Shown: positions 1 through 6,912 of the stretch, in pieces
How positions within the stretch are numbered: position 1 is the stretch's first letter
How the letters are laid out: the number at the start of each line of letters is the position of its first letter
Source: an uncultured virus (IMG/VR IMGVR_UViG_3300031673_013668)
Taxonomy: Duplodnaviria; Heunggongvirae; Uroviricota; Caudoviricetes
Length of the DNA: 60,345 nucleotides
Virus record (IMG/VR): IMGVR_UViG_3300031673_013668
Reading direction: 5' to 3' (one strand)
The notes under the pieces: model-generated
What the model was told of the DNA's origin: nothing
What the model saw: only the letters and a program-made list of their open reading frames with translations
The model's database searches: none
Position numbers and translations under genes: made by a program

Positions 1-306
1 AAAAGAGCATATAATCGATTATATGCGAAATTCCAGGATAATGTTACTAATATGATTAAAGATTATTATCCCGAATGGTTAAATGATCATAATAAAAATT
101 CTCTTTTTACATTCCATACATACCGGCATAATTTCATTACTGCGAGACAAATAATAGGCATCCCTGATAATATTGGCCAGTTATTTGTTGCTCACAAAAG
201 TCCTGATCCTGAAAGAAAATATTTTGATCCCTCTACCTTAATCGACTATTTCAAAAAAATTCAAAAAGCATTATTTATCGATTTAAATCCAATAGAAAAG
301 GTGTGA
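1..306 (+). CDS. Tyrosine recombinase/integrase, C-terminal part (5' truncated by window)
   Basis: Frame open from base 1; FHTYRHNF (HxxR), VAHKS (second His) and RKYF (candidate catalytic Tyr) at the expected spacing. Confidence 0.8.
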   Translation, partial: KRAYNRLYAKFQDNVTNMIKDYYPEWLNDHNKNSLFTFHTYRHNFITARQIIGIPDNIGQLFVAHKSPDPERKYFDPSTLIDYFKKIQKALFIDLNPIEKV

Positions 307-309
307 AAT

Positions 310-684
310 GTGAGAAAAGAAGATAAAAGACAAGAAGAATTAATGAAAAAATACCCTAATGGGATATCATTACAGGATCAAGTTTATGAATTTGAAGATA
401 AGTGGAAAAAAGATAACATAAAACAACTTCTTTTCAATATTTTCAATAGCTTTATGGTATTATCATTTGTATTTATCTTTGTATATTCTATTTATGACTG
501 GAATCTTCTCTCAATTGAGAATAGTGAGACTTTTTTTATCTTAATTATGATGGGTTTTGTTTCAGGATTATTCTTTCTATTATTTATCTTTATAATCTAT
601 TTTTCTATCATCGATTTTAAGCAAAATATTCAACTTAGAAAAGCAATGAAACAATTAGCAAAAATCAGAAATAAAAAGGTGTGA
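310..684 (+). CDS. Hypothetical membrane protein (2 TM)
   Basis: ORF track; two hydrophobic stretches; ends KKV*. Confidence 0.7.
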   Translation: MRKEDKRQEELMKKYPNGISLQDQVYEFEDKWKKDNIKQLLFNIFNSFMVLSFVFIFVYSIYDWNLLSIENSETFFILIMMGFVSGLFFLLFIFIIYFSIIDFKQNIQLRKAMKQLAKIRNKKV

Positions 685-689
685 AGAAA

Positions 690-812
690 ATGAATGAAGA
701 GAATATTCTGATTCAATGGACTGATAAAGCGATAAAGATAACGGTAGAATGTGATTGCGAAGATTCTAAGTTATTTTATAGTTTTTATATATCTTTGTTC
801 TCATTATTATAA
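690..812 (+). CDS. Small hypothetical protein (40 aa)
   Basis: ATG 5 nt after the junction motif; open to TAA 810-812. Confidence 0.45.
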   Translation: MNEENILIQWTDKAIKITVECDCEDSKLFYSFYISLFSLL

Positions 813-832
813 AAAAAGGTGAAAAAAAAAGA

Positions 833-967
833 ATGAATATGGAGGATATTGGGGTAAAATATGATATAGGAAACCTTAATGATCTAAATAAACCCCAATG
901 GGATGGAGTATATTTCTATATAGTTGATAATGAAAAAGCAAATAATATATTAAAAGAAAAGGTGTGA
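833..967 (+). CDS. Small hypothetical protein (44 aa), ends EKV*
   Basis: Manual translation MNMEDIGVKY...LKEKV*. Confidence 0.55.
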   Translation: MNMEDIGVKYDIGNLNDLNKPQWDGVYFYIVDNEKANNILKEKV

Positions 968-970
968 AAA

Positions 971-1210
971 GTGGGCAAACAAAGATATTTATATAAACAT
1001 ATGATGCTCTATATTATCATTTCATTCATTATTCTTGGTTATTTTGAATGGATTATTGTAACTCTTTATTTATCATATCTCCTACTATTTTTAAAGACTG
1101 AGTTGGAATTTAATCTTACATTTATGTTTTTTACAGCAGTTTATTTAGATTTTATTTTAATTATTTTAATTATTTATTTTCTAAAAATTACTTATTCAAA
1201 GAAGGTATGA
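971..1210 (+). CDS. Hypothetical membrane protein
   Basis: GTG start after the motif; hydrophobic; ends KKV*. Confidence 0.6.
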   Translation: MGKQRYLYKHMMLYIIISFIILGYFEWIIVTLYLSYLLLFLKTELEFNLTFMFFTAVYLDFILIILIIYFLKITYSKKV

Positions 1211-1246
1211 AAGCTGAAACAAAAAAAAGAAAAGGTGTGAAAATAA

Positions 1247-1507
1247 ATGGTGTATTGGTCTGAGTTTTGGTCTTGGTATTTATGGTTTTTAACATTCATG
1301 CTTGGAGTCGCATTAGGATTTGGTTCAAGAGAAATTATTACAAATTTAAAGAATTTAAAGAAATGGTTTAATCATATTTATAGAAAAATGAAATTAAAAT
1401 CTCATAATATATGTTTTCAATGTGAAGGTTTCTTTAAACCAAATGAATTAATTGAATATGAAAAAATGAAATTATGTCCAAAATGCTATAAATTATATAC
1501 AGAATAA
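1247..1507 (+). CDS. Membrane-anchored zinc-finger protein
   Basis: N-terminal TM segment; CxxC...CxxC (CFQC, CPKC). Confidence 0.6.
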   Translation: MVYWSEFWSWYLWFLTFMLGVALGFGSREIITNLKNLKKWFNHIYRKMKLKSHNICFQCEGFFKPNELIEYEKMKLCPKCYKLYTE

Positions 1508-1523
1508 ACTAAAGGTGTGAAAT

Positions 1524-1775
1524 GTGAAAGAAAAAGTTAAATGGGAATGGAATCCAAATCCTTATGTAATATGTATATTTGTAATTGAACTCTTTATCAT
1601 AATTATTACAGGATTCCTTTATTGTTTTGGAATTGCACCATATGAATTCTTTATGTACTTGGGTTTAAATGTTATATTTATGTTTATTATTTTTCTTAGT
1701 TTTTCTTATCTAAATCAAAGGAGACTTCATAAAAGAAGGATAAGATATAAAGGAAACAATAAAGAGAAGGTGTGA
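1524..1775 (+). CDS. Hypothetical membrane protein (2 TM)
   Basis: ORF track; ends EKV*. Confidence 0.6.
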   Translation: MKEKVKWEWNPNPYVICIFVIELFIIIITGFLYCFGIAPYEFFMYLGLNVIFMFIIFLSFSYLNQRRLHKRRIRYKGNNKEKV

Positions 1776-1778
1776 AAA

Positions 1779-2243
1779 GTGAAACTTAATAAAGAGGATT
1801 TTAATGAACTTGATAAACTTCTAAATAAAATAGGATTTGGTTCTTATTATGATTGCCTTCAATTATTAAAAGATGCAATTTATAATTTAAGATCGGATCT
1901 TCAATGTAAATTAGAGAAAGAAACTGATCTTCTTGTTCTTGTTATGTTAGTTAATAAATTAAGTAAAGGAAGAAATGATTTAGATCAAATAATCAAAGAA
2001 AGAAATCAATATATTGAGAAACTAACAATAGATCATGAACAAAGATTCAGAAAAATAATTGAAATCCTTAACAAAATTAAAGAGGAACTATCTATTTCGA
2101 TAGATTCTTGTAAAAATAGTCAAGAGTTTGCAATAGCAACAGGAGATAAATTAGGAGTAGAATATTACAGAGGGATAATAGATAGTCGTCAAGGCAGTCT
2201 AAAAATATTTATTGATTGGTTAAAAGAATTAGAAAAGGTGTGA
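1779..2243 (+). CDS. Hypothetical helical protein
   Basis: ORF track; ends EKV*. Confidence 0.65.
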   Translation: MKLNKEDFNELDKLLNKIGFGSYYDCLQLLKDAIYNLRSDLQCKLEKETDLLVLVMLVNKLSKGRNDLDQIIKERNQYIEKLTIDHEQRFRKIIEILNKIKEELSISIDSCKNSQEFAIATGDKLGVEYYRGIIDSRQGSLKIFIDWLKELEKV

Positions 2244-2247
2244 AAAT

Positions 2248-2508
2248 ATGCATTTACATTTGAATAAAGCAGAAATAACAGCAATTTTGAATTTAATTGA
2301 TTTTTATCATATAAATAATGATATGATTGCAGAAGCACTTGTATCTTTTATCGATAAGATTAATATGGAAATTAGAGATTGGGATAACCTTTTGGATGAA
2401 AAAGTATGCGAATTGATGGAAGTGTCCGATGAAGTCAAATATTTAAAGAAAAGAGAAGTGGAGAGAAATCTACTAAAATCGATGCTAAAACAAAGGTGTG
2501 AAAAATAG
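2248..2508 (+). CDS. Hypothetical coiled-coil protein
   Basis: ORF track. Confidence 0.55.
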   Translation: MHLHLNKAEITAILNLIDFYHINNDMIAEALVSFIDKINMEIRDWDNLLDEKVCELMEVSDEVKYLKKREVERNLLKSMLKQRCEK

Positions 2509-2948
2509 CAAAATCGAAAGCGATCTTTGAGAAGTGCTCCAAATGTGGTAATTGTTGCAAGAGTCATCCTTGCACGATGCATCCAGATGATTTACCAAAA
2601 ATAGCAGACTTTTTAGGATTATCAATTCAAGAAACAATCAATAAATACCTAATATGGAACAATAATACTTTATTGGAGAATTCCGAAGACAAATTTTACC
2701 TACGCCCTATGACTAAAAAAGAAACTAAAGATAAAGATAATATTTATGCTTTCTTTTTAGCTTCTGGGTCTTGTATCTTTCTTAATGAAAAGACTAATTT
2801 ATGCAAAATCCATCCTGTAATCCCTAGAGGAGGAAAGATGTGGTCTTGTGCCATGGAAATTAATGATGAAAATAGAAAAATTGTTTACATAAAAGAATAT
2901 GCTTATTATGATTGGGTTAATCATCCTTTATATCCTAAATTAAATTAA
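2505..2948 (+). CDS. YkgJ-family cysteine-cluster (Fe-S/Zn) protein, probable ATA start
   Basis: In-frame extension upstream of ATG 2577 supplies CSKCGNCC; C-terminal CIFL...LCKIHPVIP; in-frame TGA at 2499-2501 bounds the ORF. Confidence 0.75.
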   Translation: MAKSKAIFEKCSKCGNCCKSHPCTMHPDDLPKIADFLGLSIQETINKYLIWNNNTLLENSEDKFYLRPMTKKETKDKDNIYAFFLASGSCIFLNEKTNLCKIHPVIPRGGKMWSCAMEINDENRKIVYIKEYAYYDWVNHPLYPKLN

Positions 2949-2980
2949 ATGAATTAGAAATAATAGAAAAGGTGTGAAAA

Positions 2981-3277
2981 GTGAATAAAAAGAATATTGA
3001 ATCGTTAGGATTATTTTCTTTAGTCTTGTTTTTTATTATTCTTGATATACTTGTATTTATAGTTTTTACGACTTATTTTATCTATTGGCTAAACAATCTT
3101 GAAGCATATATTGAATTTGCTAAAATAGATCCTTGGTATGTTTATGGAGAATCAATAGGATATGAATATAGTATCTTTGATTGTATCTTTGTTTATAGTG
3201 TCTTTCTAATAATCTTTTTTTATATCAATTCAAAAGCTCTATTAATTTTGATTAAAAAACCAAAAGAAAAGGTGTGA
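2981..3277 (+). CDS. Hypothetical membrane protein (2 TM)
   Basis: ORF track; ends EKV*. Confidence 0.6.
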   Translation: MNKKNIESLGLFSLVLFFIILDILVFIVFTTYFIYWLNNLEAYIEFAKIDPWYVYGESIGYEYSIFDCIFVYSVFLIIFFYINSKALLILIKKPKEKV

Positions 3278-3280
3278 AAG

Positions 3281-3496
3281 TTGAAAGACAAAAGGAGCAG
3301 AATTAATTACGAATTGTTATTCTTTACTTCTTTTTGGGTATTTACAGGGTTCTTTACTTTAGTCACAACTCAAGGGTTACAGGATAATTCTTTTATTAAT
3401 TATACATCATTAAGAATTGTTGCGATTTTTTTTATCCTTCAATTCTTTATTGTTTTCCCTTATATATTTTACAAATTTAAAAAAGGAAAGGTGTGA
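3281..3496 (+). CDS. Hypothetical membrane protein (2 TM)
   Basis: TTG start; ends GKV*. Confidence 0.6.
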   Translation: MKDKRSRINYELLFFTSFWVFTGFFTLVTTQGLQDNSFINYTSLRIVAIFFILQFFIVFPYIFYKFKKGKV

Positions 3497-3499
3497 AAA

Positions 3500-4126
3500 C
3501 TGAAAAAAGAATTAAATGAATTAAAAAAGGGAATTGAAGCTTCAAATATCTTTTTAGTTATGTTAGATGAAGCTTATTTTAAGAATCCAGAATGTGTAGA
3601 GCAATTTCTATATGCAAAATTCCTTGGCAAATCAATGGTGATAATAGAGGAAAATAATATTATGAAACAATGTAAATCATACTTTAAGGGTTGTGATATC
3701 TTACTAAAAATGCCAATGACAGAAGACTCACCTACTCCTGAATACCTATTAAAAAAAATTAAAGAAGAGATAAAAAAAAGAAAGAATAAGGGATCAAATC
3801 AGGAGAAAGATATGAGATTGATCTTTGAGCTCAAGATTAATTCAGATTTGAAATGCAATTGGTGTAATAGGAAGATTGAAGATGGAGATTATATTAACCT
3901 AGATTCTGAATGCAAATTTGAAATAAAAGACGGATTAATAACAATCCATCACCACCATACTTCTCTTTATCATAATGAATGTGTCATAGAAGGATACCCT
4001 GAAGATATTGAGGATAATATAAAAATAATCAGTCAAGGTTATATCTTATGTTTAAGGGATATACCCTGTGAGAAATGCAGTTATTTCATTAAAAAATGTG
4101 AATGGGATTTAAAAAAAACAGATTAA
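3500..4126 (+). CDS. Protein with TIR-like N-terminal segment and Cys/His-rich C-terminus, probable CTG start
   Basis: GIEASNIFLVMLDEAYFKNPECVEQFLYAKFLGKSMVII resembles a TIR_2 core; CNWC and CEKC later. Confidence 0.45.
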   Translation: MKKELNELKKGIEASNIFLVMLDEAYFKNPECVEQFLYAKFLGKSMVIIEENNIMKQCKSYFKGCDILLKMPMTEDSPTPEYLLKKIKEEIKKRKNKGSNQEKDMRLIFELKINSDLKCNWCNRKIEDGDYINLDSECKFEIKDGLITIHHHHTSLYHNECVIEGYPEDIEDNIKIISQGYILCLRDIPCEKCSYFIKKCEWDLKKTD

Positions 4127-4133
4127 TCTAAAG

Positions 4134-4844
4134 GTGAACATAATCGAGATAGAAAGGTTATTTATCCTAAAAAATCAAGATGAGTTAGAACAGATAGAGG
4201 GGAAGGTCATTTCATTAGGTTTTGAATTAAAGGTTCAATCGTCTCAGCATAATTGTTATTATGATTTTCCTGATCATCGTTTAGAGAAAAAAGGCACACG
4301 CCTTCGGTTTCGGTATAATGAATATTATAAACTTCTTACTTCGCTTCCAAAATCGTTAGACTTAGAGATAGATAAAACAAATCAACTAATTGTAATTGAT
4401 GATTACGAAGGCAATATTATAGAAAAATACAATGGTGAACTTTCTCTATCAAAAGAGTGGTTTGATAAAGATCATAATGATGTAAGAGATCAAATTTCAT
4501 TTGAATTAGATAATCTCGAAGTTTTTGTAGATTTAGAAAATATTTTTAAGAAAATTGGATTCATCAATTCTTTTATAATTAACAAAGAGAGGAAAGAATA
4601 TGGGCTCAATTATTTTGATGATTTTAGAAAAAGTATTCATATTGAAATAGACTCGAATATTTTAGTAAAATCTCAATATCCCGATGTCTCTCTTGAAAAT
4701 ACATTACAAATATGTGTAGAAAAGGATACTCTTGAATTGACGAATCAAGAAATTGAAATATTCATAAAAAAATTAAATTCCGAAAGTCTAGAACTAACTA
4801 CAAAAAACTATTTTGAAAGAGCAAAAGAAAAACTAAAGGTGTGA
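4134..4844 (+). CDS. CYTH-domain (class IV adenylate cyclase/triphosphate tunnel) protein
   Basis: N-terminal EIE motif, YYD, LRFR, KERKEY, IEID. Confidence 0.75.
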   Translation: MNIIEIERLFILKNQDELEQIEGKVISLGFELKVQSSQHNCYYDFPDHRLEKKGTRLRFRYNEYYKLLTSLPKSLDLEIDKTNQLIVIDDYEGNIIEKYNGELSLSKEWFDKDHNDVRDQISFELDNLEVFVDLENIFKKIGFINSFIINKERKEYGLNYFDDFRKSIHIEIDSNILVKSQYPDVSLENTLQICVEKDTLELTNQEIEIFIKKLNSESLELTTKNYFERAKEKLKV

Positions 4845-4846
4845 AA

Positions 4847-5014
4847 ATGGCAATAGAAAAAGTCGATTTATATTATAAAGGAAAAATAATTGGATACACT
4901 ATTATAGATTACGAAAAGAAAGAATCTAAATCATATATTACTGCCCCAATTGGAGTGATTCAAAAAATAATAAATCAAAAAAAAGGAGTGAAAAAAAATG
5001 GCGAAAGTATTTAA
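4847..5014 (+). CDS. Small hypothetical protein
   Basis: ATG 2 nt after the junction motif; manual translation MAIEKVDLYY... Confidence 0.45.
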   Translation: MAIEKVDLYYKGKIIGYTIIDYEKKESKSYITAPIGVIQKIINQKKGVKKNGESI

Positions 5015-5168
5015 TTCATTTGAAGAATTTGAGAAAGAATTCTTTCCTAAGAGTTATGAAAAGAAACAATTACAGGAATTAATTAAACAAAAAGGATTTG
5101 GTACAATATTAGCTGAAATGTTTATTAAATCAATAAAAGAAGAATTAGAAAAATTAGAAAAGGTGTGA
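4998..5168 (+). CDS. Small hypothetical protein (56 aa), ends EKV*
   Basis: Manual translation MAKVFNSFEEFEKEFFP...LEKV*. Confidence 0.6.
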   Translation: MAKVFNSFEEFEKEFFPKSYEKKQLQELIKQKGFGTILAEMFIKSIKEELEKLEKV

Positions 5169-5175
5169 AATAAAT

Positions 5176-5955
5176 ATGCCAGGAATAACAATTGGTAATC
5201 CAGAATACAACATTAAAGAAAATGCTGATGAGATGGAATTTGAAGATTATTGGGAGGTATTAGTTCCTGAGAAATTATATAATTTTAGGGCTCTTAATAC
5301 ACTTTTCCCAACTATAGAAGAGAAAATGGAAACAATTAAACAATTCCCTCAACATTATAAGAAAATAATTTCGATAATCCATCTCGGTTATATGGGAAGT
5401 GGGGCATCAACCACAATTAGATTTATTGCATATTTAATGCAGACTTTCTATAAAAGGAAGGTTGATATAATCAATTTGGCTATAAATGAAATCGTAAAGC
5501 TGAACTGTGAAAATCTAAAAAGAATAATTGAATATTCTGAGAATAAAAGAAGATTGATTACCATCTCAGATACAGAAGGAGGTTTTATTCCTAGAGAGTA
5601 TACTATAAAAGAACCATTAAAACAACTCTTTAAAATATTAAAAGAAATAAATGGCTTAAACATCTTATTTCTCCCTATTTTAAATTTAAGGCCATTAGAC
5701 TTTGAACTAAATGATAGAAAGATAAAGAAAACAATCAAACTGATCTTTATAAAATCATATTATGAGAGATTAGAAAGAAAATTCAAGATAAATGAAGAAG
5801 ATCTTACCTTTCTAAAAGAAATCACACATGAAGGTATGGTAAAACGAAATTATGAGGCTCTGAAATTTTGTTTGGTAATTACATCTAAAAAAGAAGTGAA
5901 AAGAGGGATAATCATCCCTATTAGAGAAGATCAATTAATAATTAAAAAGGTGTGA
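5176..5955 (+). CDS. Degenerate P-loop ATPase, paralog of 31430-32788
   Basis: GYMGSGAST in place of GDMQSGKT; shared EVxxPE N-terminal and F.K.Y.E...FLK C-terminal patterns. Confidence 0.6.
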   Translation: MPGITIGNPEYNIKENADEMEFEDYWEVLVPEKLYNFRALNTLFPTIEEKMETIKQFPQHYKKIISIIHLGYMGSGASTTIRFIAYLMQTFYKRKVDIINLAINEIVKLNCENLKRIIEYSENKRRLITISDTEGGFIPREYTIKEPLKQLFKILKEINGLNILFLPILNLRPLDFELNDRKIKKTIKLIFIKSYYERLERKFKINEEDLTFLKEITHEGMVKRNYEALKFCLVITSKKEVKRGIIIPIREDQLIIKKV

Positions 5956-5958
5956 AAG

Positions 5959-6180
5959 ATGAACTCAGAAACAAAAGATAAAGAAAAATACAGTTGCCCT
6001 GAATGTGGTTCTTATGTTTTTTATATCACTACTACTGAAATTAATACTAAATTAAAATATAGATGTAGTAAATGTGGATATTCTACTGAAAAGAATTTTC
6101 AAAATTTATATGAGTTGAATAATTTTGAAAAAAACCGATTAGAATTATTAATAAAATCTACTCCAGAATTTAACCAATAA
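5959..6180 (+). CDS. Zinc-ribbon protein
   Basis: CPECG...CSKCG. Confidence 0.7.
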   Translation: MNSETKDKEKYSCPECGSYVFYITTTEINTKLKYRCSKCGYSTEKNFQNLYELNNFEKNRLELLIKSTPEFNQ

Positions 6181-6205
6181 AATAATAATTAAAAAGGTGT
6201 GAAGT

Positions 6206-6577
6206 ATGCCAATTAGATTAAAGCTTTTGCCGATATTTGGAGGAATAAGGGATTTTAATAATTATTCACATTCGATAATTGAATGTGCAGAAAGATCTGA
6301 ATTAGCAGGGGAAATTGAGAGCGTTGCTAGAGAAAAAGGAAAAATAGTGCCTAATGATTTTACATCATATCTAAGCAGAGATGATAATTATGAAGAACCT
6401 CATTATGGAAAAACATTAGAGGATTGTTATGGATCGCCCCTTCGATATCTTGATGTAAAAGAACTGCTCCAATTTAGCGATCATAAATATGTTCTAGATA
6501 ATTATAAAAATAGAGCAGTCTGGGCATATCTAAAAGAGCTTCCTGAAGATACTAAAATCGTGGTATATTTTGATTAA
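6206..6577 (+). CDS. Hypothetical virus-like protein
   Basis: ORF track; followed by a T-tract. Confidence 0.65.
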   Translation: MPIRLKLLPIFGGIRDFNNYSHSIIECAERSELAGEIESVAREKGKIVPNDFTSYLSRDDNYEEPHYGKTLEDCYGSPLRYLDVKELLQFSDHKYVLDNYKNRAVWAYLKELPEDTKIVVYFD

Positions 6578-6590
6578 TCTCCTTTTTTTT
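6578..6590 (+). terminator. Candidate archaeal oligo-T terminator closing the short-gene array
   Basis: CTCCTTTTTTTT immediately after the stop at 6577. Confidence 0.4.
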
Positions 6591-6632
6591 AATTATAAAG
6601 AGTTATGTGTGAGAAATCTATTCTATGTGTCT

Positions 6633-6675
6633 AATAAAAAGGTCTAATAGACTTTTCTCACATGGCTCTTAAATA
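6633..6675 (+). promoter_or_regulatory. 43-bp conserved promoter element, copy 1 (5' part divergent)
   Basis: TCTAATAGACTTTTCTCACATGGCTCTTAAATA. Confidence 0.8.
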
Positions 6676-6912
6676 GTTCTAAGGTTATTTTTTAACTAAT
6701 TCTTTTAAAATAAAGTAAATCACATGAAGCATCTATACCTTGGTTTTCTATTTTTTTCTCAGAAATATTTTAATTCATATTTTCTTAAATCTTTAGATGA
6801 TTACCCTTACAGAACTATTATGGAAGGAAAGAAAAGGAGTTATATTATTCATATTTGTAATCTGGGGGATTGTATTTGAAATTCTTTTGTATCTTAGCAT
6901 GTAATATAAAAG

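Larger units (their letters stand above)
296..6203 (+). repeat. Dispersed junction motif (A)AAGGTGTGAAA between successive short genes, 14 exact AAGGTGTGAA copies plus variants
   Basis: TGA of the motif ends at 306, 684, 967, 1240, 1520, 1775, 2243, 2501, 2977, 3277, 3496, 4844, 5168, 5955 and 6202; variants near 818, 1203, 4131 and 4985. Confidence 0.95.

Noticed and set aside
296..6203. TGA readthrough or selenocysteine polyprotein, since many junctions keep the next gene in frame
   Set aside because: Several junctions are out of frame (684, 2243, 4844, 5168) and several genes end in TAA before the motif; the 3-nt gap is explained by SD-start spacing; no SECIS recognised
296..6203. C-terminal K-V as a protein-level tag (degron or PDZ-like ligand)
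   Set aside because: The DNA motif persists when non-coding (1520, 2977, 6202) or in another frame (2501), and codons are nearly invariant, pointing to nucleotide-level selection
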